Source: Bacteroidales bacterium
GTDB taxonomy: Bacteria; Bacteroidota; Bacteroidia; Bacteroidales; WCHB1-69
Assembly (NCBI GenBank): GCA_016281255.1
Contig: JAEEIG010000170.1
Coordinates: 1-53,950, forward strand
DNA: 53,950 nt
Direction of reading: 5' to 3'
Shown in pieces: positions 41,501 to 50,914 of the stretch (positions are counted from its first letter, which is position 1; every line of letters begins with the position of its first letter). The notes beneath the pieces are model-generated. The model saw nothing but the letters and a program-made list of their open reading frames with translations, was not told where the DNA came from and did not search any database. The translations under genes and the position numbers were made by a program.

Positions 41501-43551
41501 ACCTCTCGGTCTCATCCGCCCGGCTGCACTGGAGTTCAAACGCCCCGCAATTCTCCGTCTATTTCAAAGAAGAAGGCACGGACAATTACACCCTTTCCGG
41601 CACCACAACGGACACCTTCATGGTGATATCCGCCAATTCGGGGAGCTCCTACGACTGGTATGTCTCCGCGAACTGTGCCGACACCATCCTGGCCTCCATC
41701 CCTTCGGGGTTCAGCACCTTGTGCGCCCCGGTATCCGTCTCGTCCCTGTCTCCCTGGACAGAGAACTTTGACGCTCCCGGCACAGCCCACCAAGTCCCTT
41801 ACTGCTGGATACGGCTTTCCTCTTTCGTATGGAATGCGACGGAGACTTATCCTGCCATTGATGATTATTATGAGGAGAACTCCCAGAACCTGTTGATGGC
41901 CGGCGCCAATGCCACGAATCTCATTGCGTTGCCTCTATTCGCGCAAGACCTCAACACTTTGAGGCTCTATTTCAGCGCGAAAGCCGCCACTGTCACCTCC
42001 AACAATCTGGAAGTCGGCGTGCTAAGTTCCCTTTCCGACACTTCCGGTTTCCAGGTCATTTCCACCCTGCACCCTCAAGACTATCTTGCGGAATTGGACC
42101 CCCTCACGCCTTACATCCCCTTTGTCATGGACCTCGACACGGTTCCGGATCTCACGGGATGGATTGCCCTCCGCCTGCGTTGCAACGACACCGTCATGAG
42201 CCAATGGCACTTGGACGACTTCAAAGTGAAGCCCATCCCCGAATGTTCCGAGCCGCTGAATCTGACCGTCAGCGACATCACCTCCTCCAGCGTGGATTTG
42301 TCCTGGGAAAGCGATGCTGACACGTTCGACGTCTATTACCAAAGCGTCAACGAAGCCACCCCTCATCTTCTCCCTGGCGTCACGCTGACCAACGGTGTGT
42401 TCACGCTCTCCGGGCTCAACACGGGGACTCATTATATTTGGTATGTGGTCGCTCATTGTCCCGGCAATGACAACAGCGATGCGTCGCATACGGGAGGGTT
42501 CTTCACCGCCTGTGGCGATATCGCGACATTCCCCCATCTTGAGGATTTCGAGTACGGCATGGAATGTTGGACCACGGAGTCCGTCACCGGCGACAACGGC
42601 TGGATGGTCGTCAGCGACCCCCAATACGCCGCAGGCGGCAACAGTTGTGCGGTGTTTCTCTATTATTCCGGAAACTCCGCGCGCCTGACTTCCCCTGTTT
42701 TCGATTTCTCCGGTTACGAAAACATCACCTTGGATTACGATTTATACATACGTCCTTACAACAACGTTTACGATTCCGTAGGGGTCTATTATCGCACCTC
42801 TTCCGATGCCCCGTGGACCTATCTGCGCTCCCACACGGACAACATGGGGACCAACACCTACATCTCCTACAGCACTCCTTTGCCCAACACCGGCAACGAA
42901 TACCAAGTGATGTTCCTTGGCGAAGGTCTTGACGGGAACTCCATCTTCCTCGACAACATTTCGGTGTCGGGGGATAGCATCCACGACACACCGGACACCT
43001 GTCCCGTCCCGACAAATCTGGAGCAACAGATTGCATTACGGGATGCGGCCAACATCACGGTCTGTTGGGTCGATCATGCCGGCGTTTCGCAATGGAACCT
43101 GCAATATCGCAGAGAGAACAGCGGTGAGGAGTGGACCACGGTAACCGTGACAGGGACGCCATGTCACGAAATCGTCGGGTTAATCAACGGCACCGTGTAT
43201 GAGATTCGGGTGCAGGCGATCTGCGACGAGGAGAGGCTCAGCGAATGGTCGGTGATTCTTTCGGCCATTGCGAGCGACAACGGCATTGAGAATCATCCGG
43301 ACGGTCACATCCTTCTCTTCCCGAATCCGGCCAGCGATTATGTGGAAATCCGCGCGAACGGGAACGAGCTCGACATCACAGGAATAGAGGTTTATGATGT
43401 GTACGGGAAATTAATCCGCACCGTTGTCGTGGCAGACAATAACAATTCCCGACAGACCCGGATCAACGTGGCCGGTTTGGCGGCCGGCACCTATTTCGCA
43501 CGTCTCCACACCCACCAAGGGGTGGTCACGAAGCCATTCGTAAAACGGTAA
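38530..43551 (+). CDS. Modular T9SS cargo protein (1673 aa): cleaved-adhesin-like domain, 6 FN3, 5 beta-sandwich modules, C-terminal sorting domain
   Basis: Signal peptide MRKHLTII..AQ; ESFEG.FPPQGW..DNYLITP; FN3 repeats C..P..L....SADL.W..L...T.Y; CTD LFPNPA..EVYDVYGK..AAGTYF..TKPFVKR. The ORF-track extension to 37528 is antisense to the phosphorylase gene. Confidence 0.9.
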   Translation: MRKHLTIITLILWAFCGFAQNFSPLSESFEGIFPPQGWTNLHVSGTPQWSQTNTLEYCAGAQEGANYVMVGFGQNDNYLITPKLYPQIGDSIVFYMGIESPNYNIDNFTTVEVSTTGTAPADFTTVRNLTVADFTMGDNWYRFAVNLGGYAGQGIYVAFHNKVTASGMLAGGNVYLDNVSGPDMAVAGCTTPLNLAATNISTSSADLTWQSDANEYIVYIRAFGETEYSEQTNATLNPYDSTFQVNGLVPGTTYQWYVAAICNDTFNSPVAAFTTSCVPYEADILPYSTTFAECTSFGDLPNCWIRVEGSEFNNSGIYFPGAHSNSFYGYDWYTGDTILRFTPEDSIRHWVAMPAVNTDIHLLRVRFLATPYENIASYGRMEIGLLPDINDTANFEIVSTIEAVNLPSTDYVQYTVPFLNTTLSGNNRLVCFRCIGQSGSVWYLDNVTLEYIPLCEEPYDLQAYSTSATTADLSWVPGDSTQVHFTIHYKPQNTPVWMTETVTITDSAHHQLTDLQHSTLYEAYVTAPCAPDQQSNLVTFTTDCMPFEADSLPYYMDFENVAEYELPLCWTRLAGHTEYSHSYPCAIEGSSAHEGGICIRFSGNQSDPNLLALPAMEENIQQLRIRFWMKPGGNMTPYGSMEIGVMPDLNDTSAFEAVSIITASQLSNSDYQLYKVSFQNTTLPGSGNHIVFRYANPMNTASGYAWYIDDVTVEYIPDCYEPEGLAITGVTATTATLTWSSEDNVPVASTVHYAVAGDTAWVHQAVPATANFSAALAGLTPNTTYTAYVTADCAADMPSLPVTFTTECAGITMSSIPTTWDFENENPSGTLSHPLPACWKRFATTSAEAPYVYSNALYAHQGVKMLNFNSTEGYAILPPLDDSVPVNALQLSFFARSSTDENGTPFTSQFQAGVMTDPYDTATFTNVQSFSVTGGTYFPVEISFAGYAGQGRYLALRQLDNGNVNGYGFIDQVTLEYISDCERPYDLYADDLSVSSARLHWSSNAPQFSVYFKEEGTDNYTLSGTTTDTFMVISANSGSSYDWYVSANCADTILASIPSGFSTLCAPVSVSSLSPWTENFDAPGTAHQVPYCWIRLSSFVWNATETYPAIDDYYEENSQNLLMAGANATNLIALPLFAQDLNTLRLYFSAKAATVTSNNLEVGVLSSLSDTSGFQVISTLHPQDYLAELDPLTPYIPFVMDLDTVPDLTGWIALRLRCNDTVMSQWHLDDFKVKPIPECSEPLNLTVSDITSSSVDLSWESDADTFDVYYQSVNEATPHLLPGVTLTNGVFTLSGLNTGTHYIWYVVAHCPGNDNSDASHTGGFFTACGDIATFPHLEDFEYGMECWTTESVTGDNGWMVVSDPQYAAGGNSCAVFLYYSGNSARLTSPVFDFSGYENITLDYDLYIRPYNNVYDSVGVYYRTSSDAPWTYLRSHTDNMGTNTYISYSTPLPNTGNEYQVMFLGEGLDGNSIFLDNISVSGDSIHDTPDTCPVPTNLEQQIALRDAANITVCWVDHAGVSQWNLQYRRENSGEEWTTVTVTGTPCHEIVGLINGTVYEIRVQAICDEERLSEWSVILSAIASDNGIENHPDGHILLFPNPASDYVEIRANGNELDITGIEVYDVYGKLIRTVVVADNNNSRQTRINVAGLAAGTYFARLHTHQGVVTKPFVKR

Positions 43552-43558
43552 AACGGCA

Positions 43559-44368
43559 CTATAAATCGACAGAGCGCAAACTCACCTCGTAGTAATGCTT
43601 CGGCGTCGCGTGCGGGGTGAGTTTTCCGGTCTGGAAGGATTCGGGGATATAAACGGCGCACATGGTGTTGGCCACTTGGTAGAGATATTGGCGTTTCGCC
43701 CCGGGCGTGCCCTCCCAGATGGCATTCAGCACGCTCCAGCGGATGGTCTCGGGATCGTAGCCGTAGTCGTGCCACACAATCACCGACTTTTCGTCACGTA
43801 ACAGCCTGAAAGCGGTCTGCGTGTCCTTTTTCACCGCCTCCGAATGATGGTCGCCATCGATGAAGACCATGTCGTACCGACGCAGATGGGGCGTGAAGTC
43901 GAAGGTTTGAGAGTTGCCCTGCAGATGGGTCACATTGTGCAAAGACTTGGAAAAACGGGCATGGGCATCGGCGTAGGTTTCATCGCCGGTGAGGGCGACA
44001 ATCTCTTCCCGGGAGAGGTTCAGGGTGACGCAATCAGGCACCACAGCGGCCACATTCGCGACGCTCTCGCCGCGCCATGTGCCGATTTCGAAGTAACTTC
44101 GGGCGTTCTGCCGACGGGCCAGCGACTTCAGCAAAGCGATGTCGATGGGCATGGTGGCACCCGAGAGGTAGGCATAGGGAGAAACCGTTTCCTGAAAACC
44201 GGGGAAGAGCGTCTCCAAGTGCAACAGCGGCAACCCGTCCTCGAGCCCGTAATTCTCCGACACTTTCTGTTTATAGACATCCTCGCTTTCCAGCACCAAA
44301 TTGAGCAGATACGGACGCTTGAAGATGAGTTTCAAAGCACGACAAGCTTTTTCGATTTTATTATTCAT
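43559..44368 (-). CDS. Class I SAM-dependent methyltransferase (Methyltransf_24-like, probably glycan-modifying)
   Basis: YFEIGTWRGES, GNSQTFDF, YDMVFIDGDH, IVWHDY. Confidence 0.85.
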   Translation of the reverse strand: MNNKIEKACRALKLIFKRPYLLNLVLESEDVYKQKVSENYGLEDGLPLLHLETLFPGFQETVSPYAYLSGATMPIDIALLKSLARRQNARSYFEIGTWRGESVANVAAVVPDCVTLNLSREEIVALTGDETYADAHARFSKSLHNVTHLQGNSQTFDFTPHLRRYDMVFIDGDHHSEAVKKDTQTAFRLLRDEKSVIVWHDYGYDPETIRWSVLNAIWEGTPGAKRQYLYQVANTMCAVYIPESFQTGKLTPHATPKHYYEVSLRSVDL

Positions 44369-44376
44369 TGCGCAAT

Positions 44377-45654
44377 TTATTTCAGGTAATGATTCTTGAT
44401 CTCAGCAATATATTCCTTTAATTCAGAAGGCGTCAAGACCAGATCCCGGATCCGGAAACGCGATTCCCGGAGGAAACAGGCCAGCAGGAAAGCGGCGTTG
44501 AGGGCGTAGGCCACCGATGCCGTGACGGCGGCGCCGTTGGTGGCGAAACGCGGCACCAGGAGGAAACCTCCCGCCAGCGTGGCCGCCAAGCCGCACAGGG
44601 CGGCCAAAGTGTTCATGAAGTAGCGGCCGGAACCGGAATAATAGTGCCCGAGAATCAGGAAGATGCTGTAGCAGAGCACTCCGGGAGACAAAATGCGGAT
44701 TATTCGCGACATTTCCCCGAATTCCGGACCGAAGATGAACTGATAGAGCGACGAAGGCAGCAATGCCAGCACCACCACCGCACCCAAAGAGACCACAAAG
44801 CAGATTTTCCCCAAGTTCAGGGTCAGCGTCTGGTTGTAAGTCTTGTCGGTGCTGTTCGATATGCGGGCGTACTGCACCAGCGCGATGCTGTTGGAAATGA
44901 TCCAGATTGACTCGGCCAAAGACACCGCGTTGGAATAGACCCCCACGTGTCCGGTATCGACATAGGCGTTCAGCAGATAGTAGCTCAACCGCAGATTGAA
45001 AAACTGCACAAAATGGCCGGTCTGGTTCAGGAATCCGTATTTGAAGAGATCCGTCAACGCCTCTTTGTACTCGCCAAGTGGGTAGCAGCGCAGCGTTTTA
45101 TACTCCTCGCGCAGCTGAAAGACGCCTAACACCGAGGAGCTCAGATAGGCGACATAGAGCGCGATGATGTATCCGTAGATGTCGCTCTTGCCCAACATCA
45201 GGTAATAGACCACCAGCGTCAGCAGCAGCATGGCGGGCTGCAGCAACGTGTTGACATTCGCCTTCTTCACCTCCTCTTTCCCGATCAAGACACGGAAATG
45301 GATGTTGGCGAATGAGGAGACAAACGAAAGGATGGCGGTATGTATCGCCAAGCCTCGGTCAAGGCCAGGGGTGAAGAGACTGATCGCCATGCCCATCACC
45401 GCACCCATGAGCAACGACCACAGCAACGATGGTGCCCACAGTTTGGAAAACTCGTGGCGGGAGGTGAGATAGACCAGGCTGGCGCCGCAGACGATTTCGG
45501 AGAAGATGAGGATGAAGCTGATGTTCGTCAGCACCAGCGACTGCACGCCTTTGCCGCTGTCGCCCAACACCTGTGAAATGACGATGGCAATCGTCAGGTT
45601 GAGGAGAGCCACCAGGATTTTCGTGCCAAAAGTGTTTAGAATCTTCCCGAACAT
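44377..45654 (-). CDS. Wzx-like oligosaccharide flippase
   Basis: Many TM helices; LGDSGKG, NLRLSYYLL, VGVYSNAVSLAE, LVPRFATNGAA. Start set at MFGKIL below the -7 box at 45672-45679. Confidence 0.88.
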   Translation of the reverse strand: MFGKILNTFGTKILVALLNLTIAIVISQVLGDSGKGVQSLVLTNISFILIFSEIVCGASLVYLTSRHEFSKLWAPSLLWSLLMGAVMGMAISLFTPGLDRGLAIHTAILSFVSSFANIHFRVLIGKEEVKKANVNTLLQPAMLLLTLVVYYLMLGKSDIYGYIIALYVAYLSSSVLGVFQLREEYKTLRCYPLGEYKEALTDLFKYGFLNQTGHFVQFFNLRLSYYLLNAYVDTGHVGVYSNAVSLAESIWIISNSIALVQYARISNSTDKTYNQTLTLNLGKICFVVSLGAVVVLALLPSSLYQFIFGPEFGEMSRIIRILSPGVLCYSIFLILGHYYSGSGRYFMNTLAALCGLAATLAGGFLLVPRFATNGAAVTASVAYALNAAFLLACFLRESRFRIRDLVLTPSELKEYIAEIKNHYLK

Positions 45655-45742
45655 ATTTGCAAATTCGGCGGCAAAGGTACACAAATTACAGACATGCTTC
45701 CAATGAGAAAAAAAACTATCTTTGCCGTTCAAATAAGAAAAC

Positions 45743-46861
45743 ATGCTGGTTGTACATATACCCTCTTGGTTCCCCATTCCTGAAAAGCCGCTGAACGGCA
45801 ATTTCATCTCGCGCCACATTGAATCGCTGGGCGAAAAGGTCCAGTCGGTCATCCTGCATCATGTACGCGAGAATTTCACTCCCGTGTTGCCCAAAAACGC
45901 CACGCTTTTCCCCTTGCACGTCATCCATGCCAACAAATTGGGACTTTTCCACGCATACATCACCGCTTTCGAGCAGCTGATCAAGACATACGGGCATCCC
46001 GACCTCATCCACCTTCACGTGGCGATTCCCATGGGGATCATGGCGGCCAAGCTGAGCCGGAAATTCCGAGTCCCGATGATTGTCAGCGAGCACTGGACCG
46101 GCTACCTGCCCATGAACCGGCCGAAGCTCACCCTCCCCGAGCGTCTGATCCTGCGCCGCACCTTCCGGCACGCCGACTACATCACCGCTGTGTCGCAGAA
46201 CCTTCTCGACAACATCTGCGCCACTGTTCCCGCCGCTGTCGGGAAACCGCAGTCGGTGGTCGGCAATGTGGTTGACACGGAACTCTTCTCCCTCAAGACG
46301 GGCCCTGTTTCCGAAGGGAAACGGAAGATCCTGCACGTCTCCACCATCGACAACAACGCGAAAAACATCATGGGGATTCTGCGGGCGGTAAGGGCGCTTT
46401 CCACGCGGCGCACAGATTTCGAGTTGAACATCGTCCACGATTTCCGGAACGAAGAGGCCGAAACCTTTGTCAAGGGCAACGGATTGTCCGAGGCCGTGCA
46501 TTTCCTCGGCCGGAAAACCTCCGCTGAAATCGCCGGTTTGCTGCACCAGTCGGACTTCTTCCTGCTCTTCTCCAACTATGAGAACCAGCCATGCGTGCTG
46601 TTGGAGTCCTTCTGCACCGGCACACCCGTGGTCACCACCCCGGTGGGCGGCATCCTTGAAATCGCCAATGCCGACAACGCGGTCATCGTCGCGCCCGAAG
46701 ACGAGACGCAACTCATTGAAAAACTGAACGAAATGTTAGACAACAAACACCCATTCGACCCGGCATCCATTCGGAAACAGGCGTTGGAGATTTGCTCTGC
46801 CGACATCATCGGACAAAAATGGCTGGAAATTTATGAGATCTGCACCAGCTCCACCTTTTGA
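45743..46861 (+). CDS. GT4-family glycosyltransferase
   Basis: PDLIHLH, TAVSQNL, GNVVD, SNYENQPCVLLES (EX7E), GTPVVTTPVGGI. Confidence 0.9.
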   Translation: MLVVHIPSWFPIPEKPLNGNFISRHIESLGEKVQSVILHHVRENFTPVLPKNATLFPLHVIHANKLGLFHAYITAFEQLIKTYGHPDLIHLHVAIPMGIMAAKLSRKFRVPMIVSEHWTGYLPMNRPKLTLPERLILRRTFRHADYITAVSQNLLDNICATVPAAVGKPQSVVGNVVDTELFSLKTGPVSEGKRKILHVSTIDNNAKNIMGILRAVRALSTRRTDFELNIVHDFRNEEAETFVKGNGLSEAVHFLGRKTSAEIAGLLHQSDFFLLFSNYENQPCVLLESFCTGTPVVTTPVGGILEIANADNAVIVAPEDETQLIEKLNEMLDNKHPFDPASIRKQALEICSADIIGQKWLEIYEICTSSTF

Positions 46862-47493
46862 AAGTTGCGGAGGATAGAGGCTATCGACTTGATATTATCA
46901 TAACGTTGCATCCGGACTTCCAGGGAGACCAACATTTTCCCGTTGTTTTCCTCTGCATCCTTGTGCATTTCATAGTTCAGGACGGTGATTTTCTCGCGGC
47001 GAAGGTTTTCCATGACCTCGGTCAGCACCATATAATCCTCCACCAGAAAGGTAATCCGGCGATCGCATTGGGAGACGTAAGGCAGGAAGACGTTGATCAG
47101 CCCGAGGGAGGCGATGACAATCACGGTGGCGACGGCTGCGATCAGATACATCCCGATACCGCAAGCCAGACCGATGGCGGCCGTAACCCACACGCCTGCA
47201 GCGGTAGTCAGTCCGCGCACCACCTGTTTTTGCAGAATGATGGTACCCGCACCGAGAAAACCGATACCCGTAACCACCTGAGCGGCAATACGCGAAGGGT
47301 CGAAGCTGACATGATCCTGATCCAAGAAAGCGTCGAAGCCGTAAGCGGAAAGAATCATGAAGAGGCACGAGCCCACCGCCACCAACAGATGGGTACGCAC
47401 GCCCGCCTCTTTCGCGTGATATTCGCGTTCAACGCCGATCAGAGCGCCCAGAGCCGTGGCCATCAAGAGCCGTATGACCATCGTCCAGATCAT
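46831..47493 (-). CDS. MgtC/SapB family membrane protein
   Basis: IGVERE, AGVRTHLLV, DPSRIAAQVVTGIGFLGAG, GLTTAAGVW. Confidence 0.93.
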   Translation of the reverse strand: MIWTMVIRLLMATALGALIGVEREYHAKEAGVRTHLLVAVGSCLFMILSAYGFDAFLDQDHVSFDPSRIAAQVVTGIGFLGAGTIILQKQVVRGLTTAAGVWVTAAIGLACGIGMYLIAAVATVIVIASLGLINVFLPYVSQCDRRITFLVEDYMVLTEVMENLRREKITVLNYEMHKDAEENNGKMLVSLEVRMQRYDNIKSIASILRNFQKVELVQIS

Positions 47494-48554
47494 TGATCCA
47501 CTTCAACGAATTCGGGTGAATTGCGATAATAGTCAAAATTCAGGCGACGGGTGCGCGCGCTCTTCACCAACGTGTCCTCGTTGTGCCCGAAGGTGTAATC
47601 CATCATCAAATCGACGTAGGAATAGTTTCTCGAAGCCATCAAGCCGTAGGCCGACTCGTTCTCGGAGACAAAGTTGGTGTATTCCTGGTTGTTTTGCACT
47701 ATGCTGCTGTTCGGCGTGGCCACCTCTCTGTAAGTCAAATAGTTTTTATCACCAGCCCAAACCGTCAGGCGCATGCAGTAATAAGGCTGGTTGTCCACGG
47801 CATCGATATAGCGCGTCACGGCGGGATTGGTCTCGATACGCTGGACGAAAGTATTGAAAAACGACTCGGGCGTAAACCCTGAATAGACGACATCGCTGCC
47901 GGATGAAGCCCGGATATAGTCGCCATTAAGCTTGCGGGTCAGCTGCTTGTGTTCGATCTCTCCGGTGCTGTTGTTCACCTCTATGTAATAGAAAGTGAGG
48001 AAGACATCATACATGGCGGCATTCTCCGCAGAATAAAACTGGATTTTGTAAGGCTGGTTGAGGTTCATGTTCCATGAAACTTTCGGACGGGTGATGGTGA
48101 AGTTATGCACCATCAGGGTTTCGGCATACACCTCCTCGCCCGTGCTGTTCCGGCGGATCACCAGACGATAGGTACAGTCGTCAAAGAGCTGCCATTGGGA
48201 ATAATAAAGCAGCTGCTTGGGGCTGGGGAAATAGCCCTCATCCTTCAGCACGGCAGTGGTGGTGTCGAGCACCGCACTGCGCGTGAGCTGTCCGTTGCGA
48301 TACTCTTCCAGCCGCACCTCGATGGAATCCACAGGATAATAGACATTATCCCACTCGCCAGCGGCCTCAAGGGAATTCCCGTCAGTCAGAAAGCCGTGAT
48401 AGACCTTGAAATAATGGATCTGGTCTTGGATATTCACTATGCCGTAAGAGACGGTGATATCCTTGTAATCGGCAGTCAAATCCAAAGGTTTGCACTGATG
48501 GAACAAGATGGCCGCGACCGCTGCCAGGAGAACGGGGATCAATGTTTTTTTCAT
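47490..48554 (-). CDS. Outer-membrane lipoprotein (DUF4249-like)
   Basis: Lipobox ..LFHQ-C, DITVSYG, YTNFV..AYGL; ATGA overlap with the mgtC-like gene. Confidence 0.65.
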   Translation of the reverse strand: MKKTLIPVLLAAVAAILFHQCKPLDLTADYKDITVSYGIVNIQDQIHYFKVYHGFLTDGNSLEAAGEWDNVYYPVDSIEVRLEEYRNGQLTRSAVLDTTTAVLKDEGYFPSPKQLLYYSQWQLFDDCTYRLVIRRNSTGEEVYAETLMVHNFTITRPKVSWNMNLNQPYKIQFYSAENAAMYDVFLTFYYIEVNNSTGEIEHKQLTRKLNGDYIRASSGSDVVYSGFTPESFFNTFVQRIETNPAVTRYIDAVDNQPYYCMRLTVWAGDKNYLTYREVATPNSSIVQNNQEYTNFVSENESAYGLMASRNYSYVDLMMDYTFGHNEDTLVKSARTRRLNFDYYRNSPEFVEVDQ

Positions 48555-48556
48555 AA

Positions 48557-49357
48557 TCAGTTGTTATAATCGGGGATTTCACGCAACCATTTCGTGCCCA
48601 TTCTCTGGCCGTATTTGTTGACGCGGGTGTTCAAGTAAAATTTTTCGTTGATAAAGTAAACCAACCGGGCGGAAATCATGTGGTTGTAGTACTTGTGGGT
48701 TTCGATGAGGGAGGAGCCGTCGTTACGCAGGTACTCGAACTGCGTAACGCGGATGGGAACGAGCGAGTATTCATAGCGGAAATTGAGATTCAAGTTCTTA
48801 TAGAGACGGATATTGACATCGGCGATAATCGACCAGTCGTTTTTCTTGTATGTGCCGCTCCTGACATTGGTGGTGCGCAGGTAGCCGTTGTAGATTTCCT
48901 TGGCGCGGACGAGCCGGCTCCATGCGAAGCCCAACGCGAAAGAGCATCCGGAATAGGGCTCCTCATAGCGCATCATCACCGGAATCTGCACATAGTCGAG
49001 GGAGATGTTGCATTTGACGGTGGAGTCGATCGGCACAGACCAATCCACATCCTGGAACATCGACTCGCCGTAGTTACTGGTAAGGAAATAACCAGGCTGG
49101 CAAGTTTTTTTGGCGCCCTTCATTGAATAGAGCAATTCAACAGAGACCTGCCACGTCTGCTTCGGGTTGACGGGGAGCGTCAGTCCCAAACCGCCGTTGA
49201 AGCCGACTTTATAGAAACCGTGCACGTCATCGCCTTCTATCTGGGCGAAGTTACAGCCTGCGACGACCGAGCCGATAAACCGCTGGGCATCAACATGCTG
49301 CACAGCAAAGATGCAGACTGCCACTCCTAAGAGAATCCGTAAAACAATATTTTTCAT
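48557..49357 (-). CDS. PorT-like outer-membrane beta-barrel (OMP_b-brl_2 type)
   Basis: Signal peptide; GCNFAQIEGD, VELLYSMKG, LDYVQIPV, FRYEYSL. Confidence 0.75.
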   Translation of the reverse strand: MKNIVLRILLGVAVCIFAVQHVDAQRFIGSVVAGCNFAQIEGDDVHGFYKVGFNGGLGLTLPVNPKQTWQVSVELLYSMKGAKKTCQPGYFLTSNYGESMFQDVDWSVPIDSTVKCNISLDYVQIPVMMRYEEPYSGCSFALGFAWSRLVRAKEIYNGYLRTTNVRSGTYKKNDWSIIADVNIRLYKNLNLNFRYEYSLVPIRVTQFEYLRNDGSSLIETHKYYNHMISARLVYFINEKFYLNTRVNKYGQRMGTKWLREIPDYNN

Positions 49358-49411
49358 CGTTCCAATTATTTTTGCGCCGCGAAGATACAAAAATGTTTCA
49401 AAACGCAACGG

Positions 49412-50752
49412 TTATCTTCTTCCACGAGCTTTCATCGCGCGAATCATGCCTTTGGTTTTGCCGGACCCGTTGTTCACGGCCTTCATCACCTTGCGGATGT
49501 CGTCGAACTGTTTGATGAGGCGGTTCACATCCTGGATGTCACGGCCGGAGCCGCGCGCGATGCGTTTGCGGCGAGAGCCGTTGATAATGTCGGGATTGGC
49601 ACGCTCTTCGGGGGTCATCGACTGGATCATCACCTCCACACTCTTGAAAACGTCGTCGTCGATGTCCATATTGCGCACGAGTTTGCCCATACCGGGAATC
49701 ATGCCCATCAGATCCTTCACGTTGCCCATCTTTTTGATTTGCTGGATCTGCTGGTTGAAATCGTTGAAGTCGAACTGGTTCTTCGCCAGCTTCTTGGAGA
49801 GTTTGGCGGCCTCCTCGTCGTCGAACTGCTCTTGCGCACGCTCCACGAAGGAACGGATGTCGCCCATGCCGAGAATACGCTCCGCCATGCGGTCGGGATG
49901 GAACACGTCGAGAGCTTCCATCTTCTCGCCCATACCGACGAACTTGATCGGCTTCTCGGTGACCTTGCGGATGGTGAGCGCGGCACCGCCACGGGTGTCG
50001 CCATCCAACTTGGTGAGGATCACACCGTCGAAGTTGAGCTTGTCGTTGAACGCTTTGGCGGTATTCACGGCATCCTGACCGGTCATGGCATCCACCACGA
50101 AGAGGATTTCCTGCGGGTTGACCGCCTCCTTGATGTTGCCGATCTCGTTCATCATCTCCTCATCGACGGCCAGACGGCCGGCGGTATCGATAATGACCAC
50201 GTCATAGCCGTAGTCCTTGGCATGGCGCACCGCGTTCTTGGCGATCTCCACCGGTTTCTTGTTCTCGGGTTCGGAATAGACCTCCACGCCGATTTGCTGG
50301 CCGAGCACCTGCAACTGGTCGATAGCAGCAGGACGATAAACGTCGCAGGCCGCCAACAACGGTTTTTTGCCGCGCTTGGTTTTCAGGAGGTTGGCGAGTT
50401 TCGCACTGTGGGTGGTCTTACCGGAGCCCTGCAGACCGGCCATCAGGATGATGGCGGGAGAACCCTTGATGTTGATGTCCACCGCTTGGCTGCCCATGAG
50501 GGCGATCAACTCGTCGTAGGTGATCTTCACCATCAACTGGTTGGGCGACACGGCGTTGATGACATTCATGCCGATGGCCTTCTCCTTCACGCTGTTGGTA
50601 AACTCCTTGGCGATATTATAGCTCACGTCGGCGTCAATCAACGCCTTGCGGATCTCTTTGGTGGTTTCGGCCACGTTGATCTCGGTGATCTTGCCCTGGC
50701 CTTTCAGTATCTTAAACGAACGTTCTAACCTATCTGATAAGCTTTCAAACAT
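49412..50752 (-). CDS. ffh: Signal recognition particle protein
   Basis: GLQGSGKTT, DVYRPAA, DTAGR, TKLDGDTRGGAA, SRRKRIARGSG. Confidence 0.98.
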   Translation of the reverse strand: MFESLSDRLERSFKILKGQGKITEINVAETTKEIRKALIDADVSYNIAKEFTNSVKEKAIGMNVINAVSPNQLMVKITYDELIALMGSQAVDINIKGSPAIILMAGLQGSGKTTHSAKLANLLKTKRGKKPLLAACDVYRPAAIDQLQVLGQQIGVEVYSEPENKKPVEIAKNAVRHAKDYGYDVVIIDTAGRLAVDEEMMNEIGNIKEAVNPQEILFVVDAMTGQDAVNTAKAFNDKLNFDGVILTKLDGDTRGGAALTIRKVTEKPIKFVGMGEKMEALDVFHPDRMAERILGMGDIRSFVERAQEQFDDEEAAKLSKKLAKNQFDFNDFNQQIQQIKKMGNVKDLMGMIPGMGKLVRNMDIDDDVFKSVEVMIQSMTPEERANPDIINGSRRKRIARGSGRDIQDVNRLIKQFDDIRKVMKAVNNGSGKTKGMIRAMKARGRR

Positions 50753-50914
50753 ATTTCAAAATTTCAAATTTCTAAGAAAAAGTAACTGCGCACAATTGCG
50801 GCCGCGAAAATACAATTTTTTTAGTTAGAAGTCGGTCGTCAATCGTCAGAAGTTTTAGAAACTCCATACCTATCGACCCTATAATGCCCTACTCCCCTCA
50901 TTATCAACCATCCA

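Noticed and set aside
22914-43551. Diversity-generating retroelement or shufflon acting on the cargo genes
   Set aside because: No reverse transcriptase, recombinase, or near-identical template/variable repeat pair seen in the window.
46831-46861. 31-bp convergent overlap of the GT4 and MgtC genes
   Set aside because: Short tail-to-tail overlaps are common, and nothing indicates a function.
50824-50912. Weak 7-9-bp periodicity upstream of ffh
   Set aside because: Too degenerate to define a consensus by eye.
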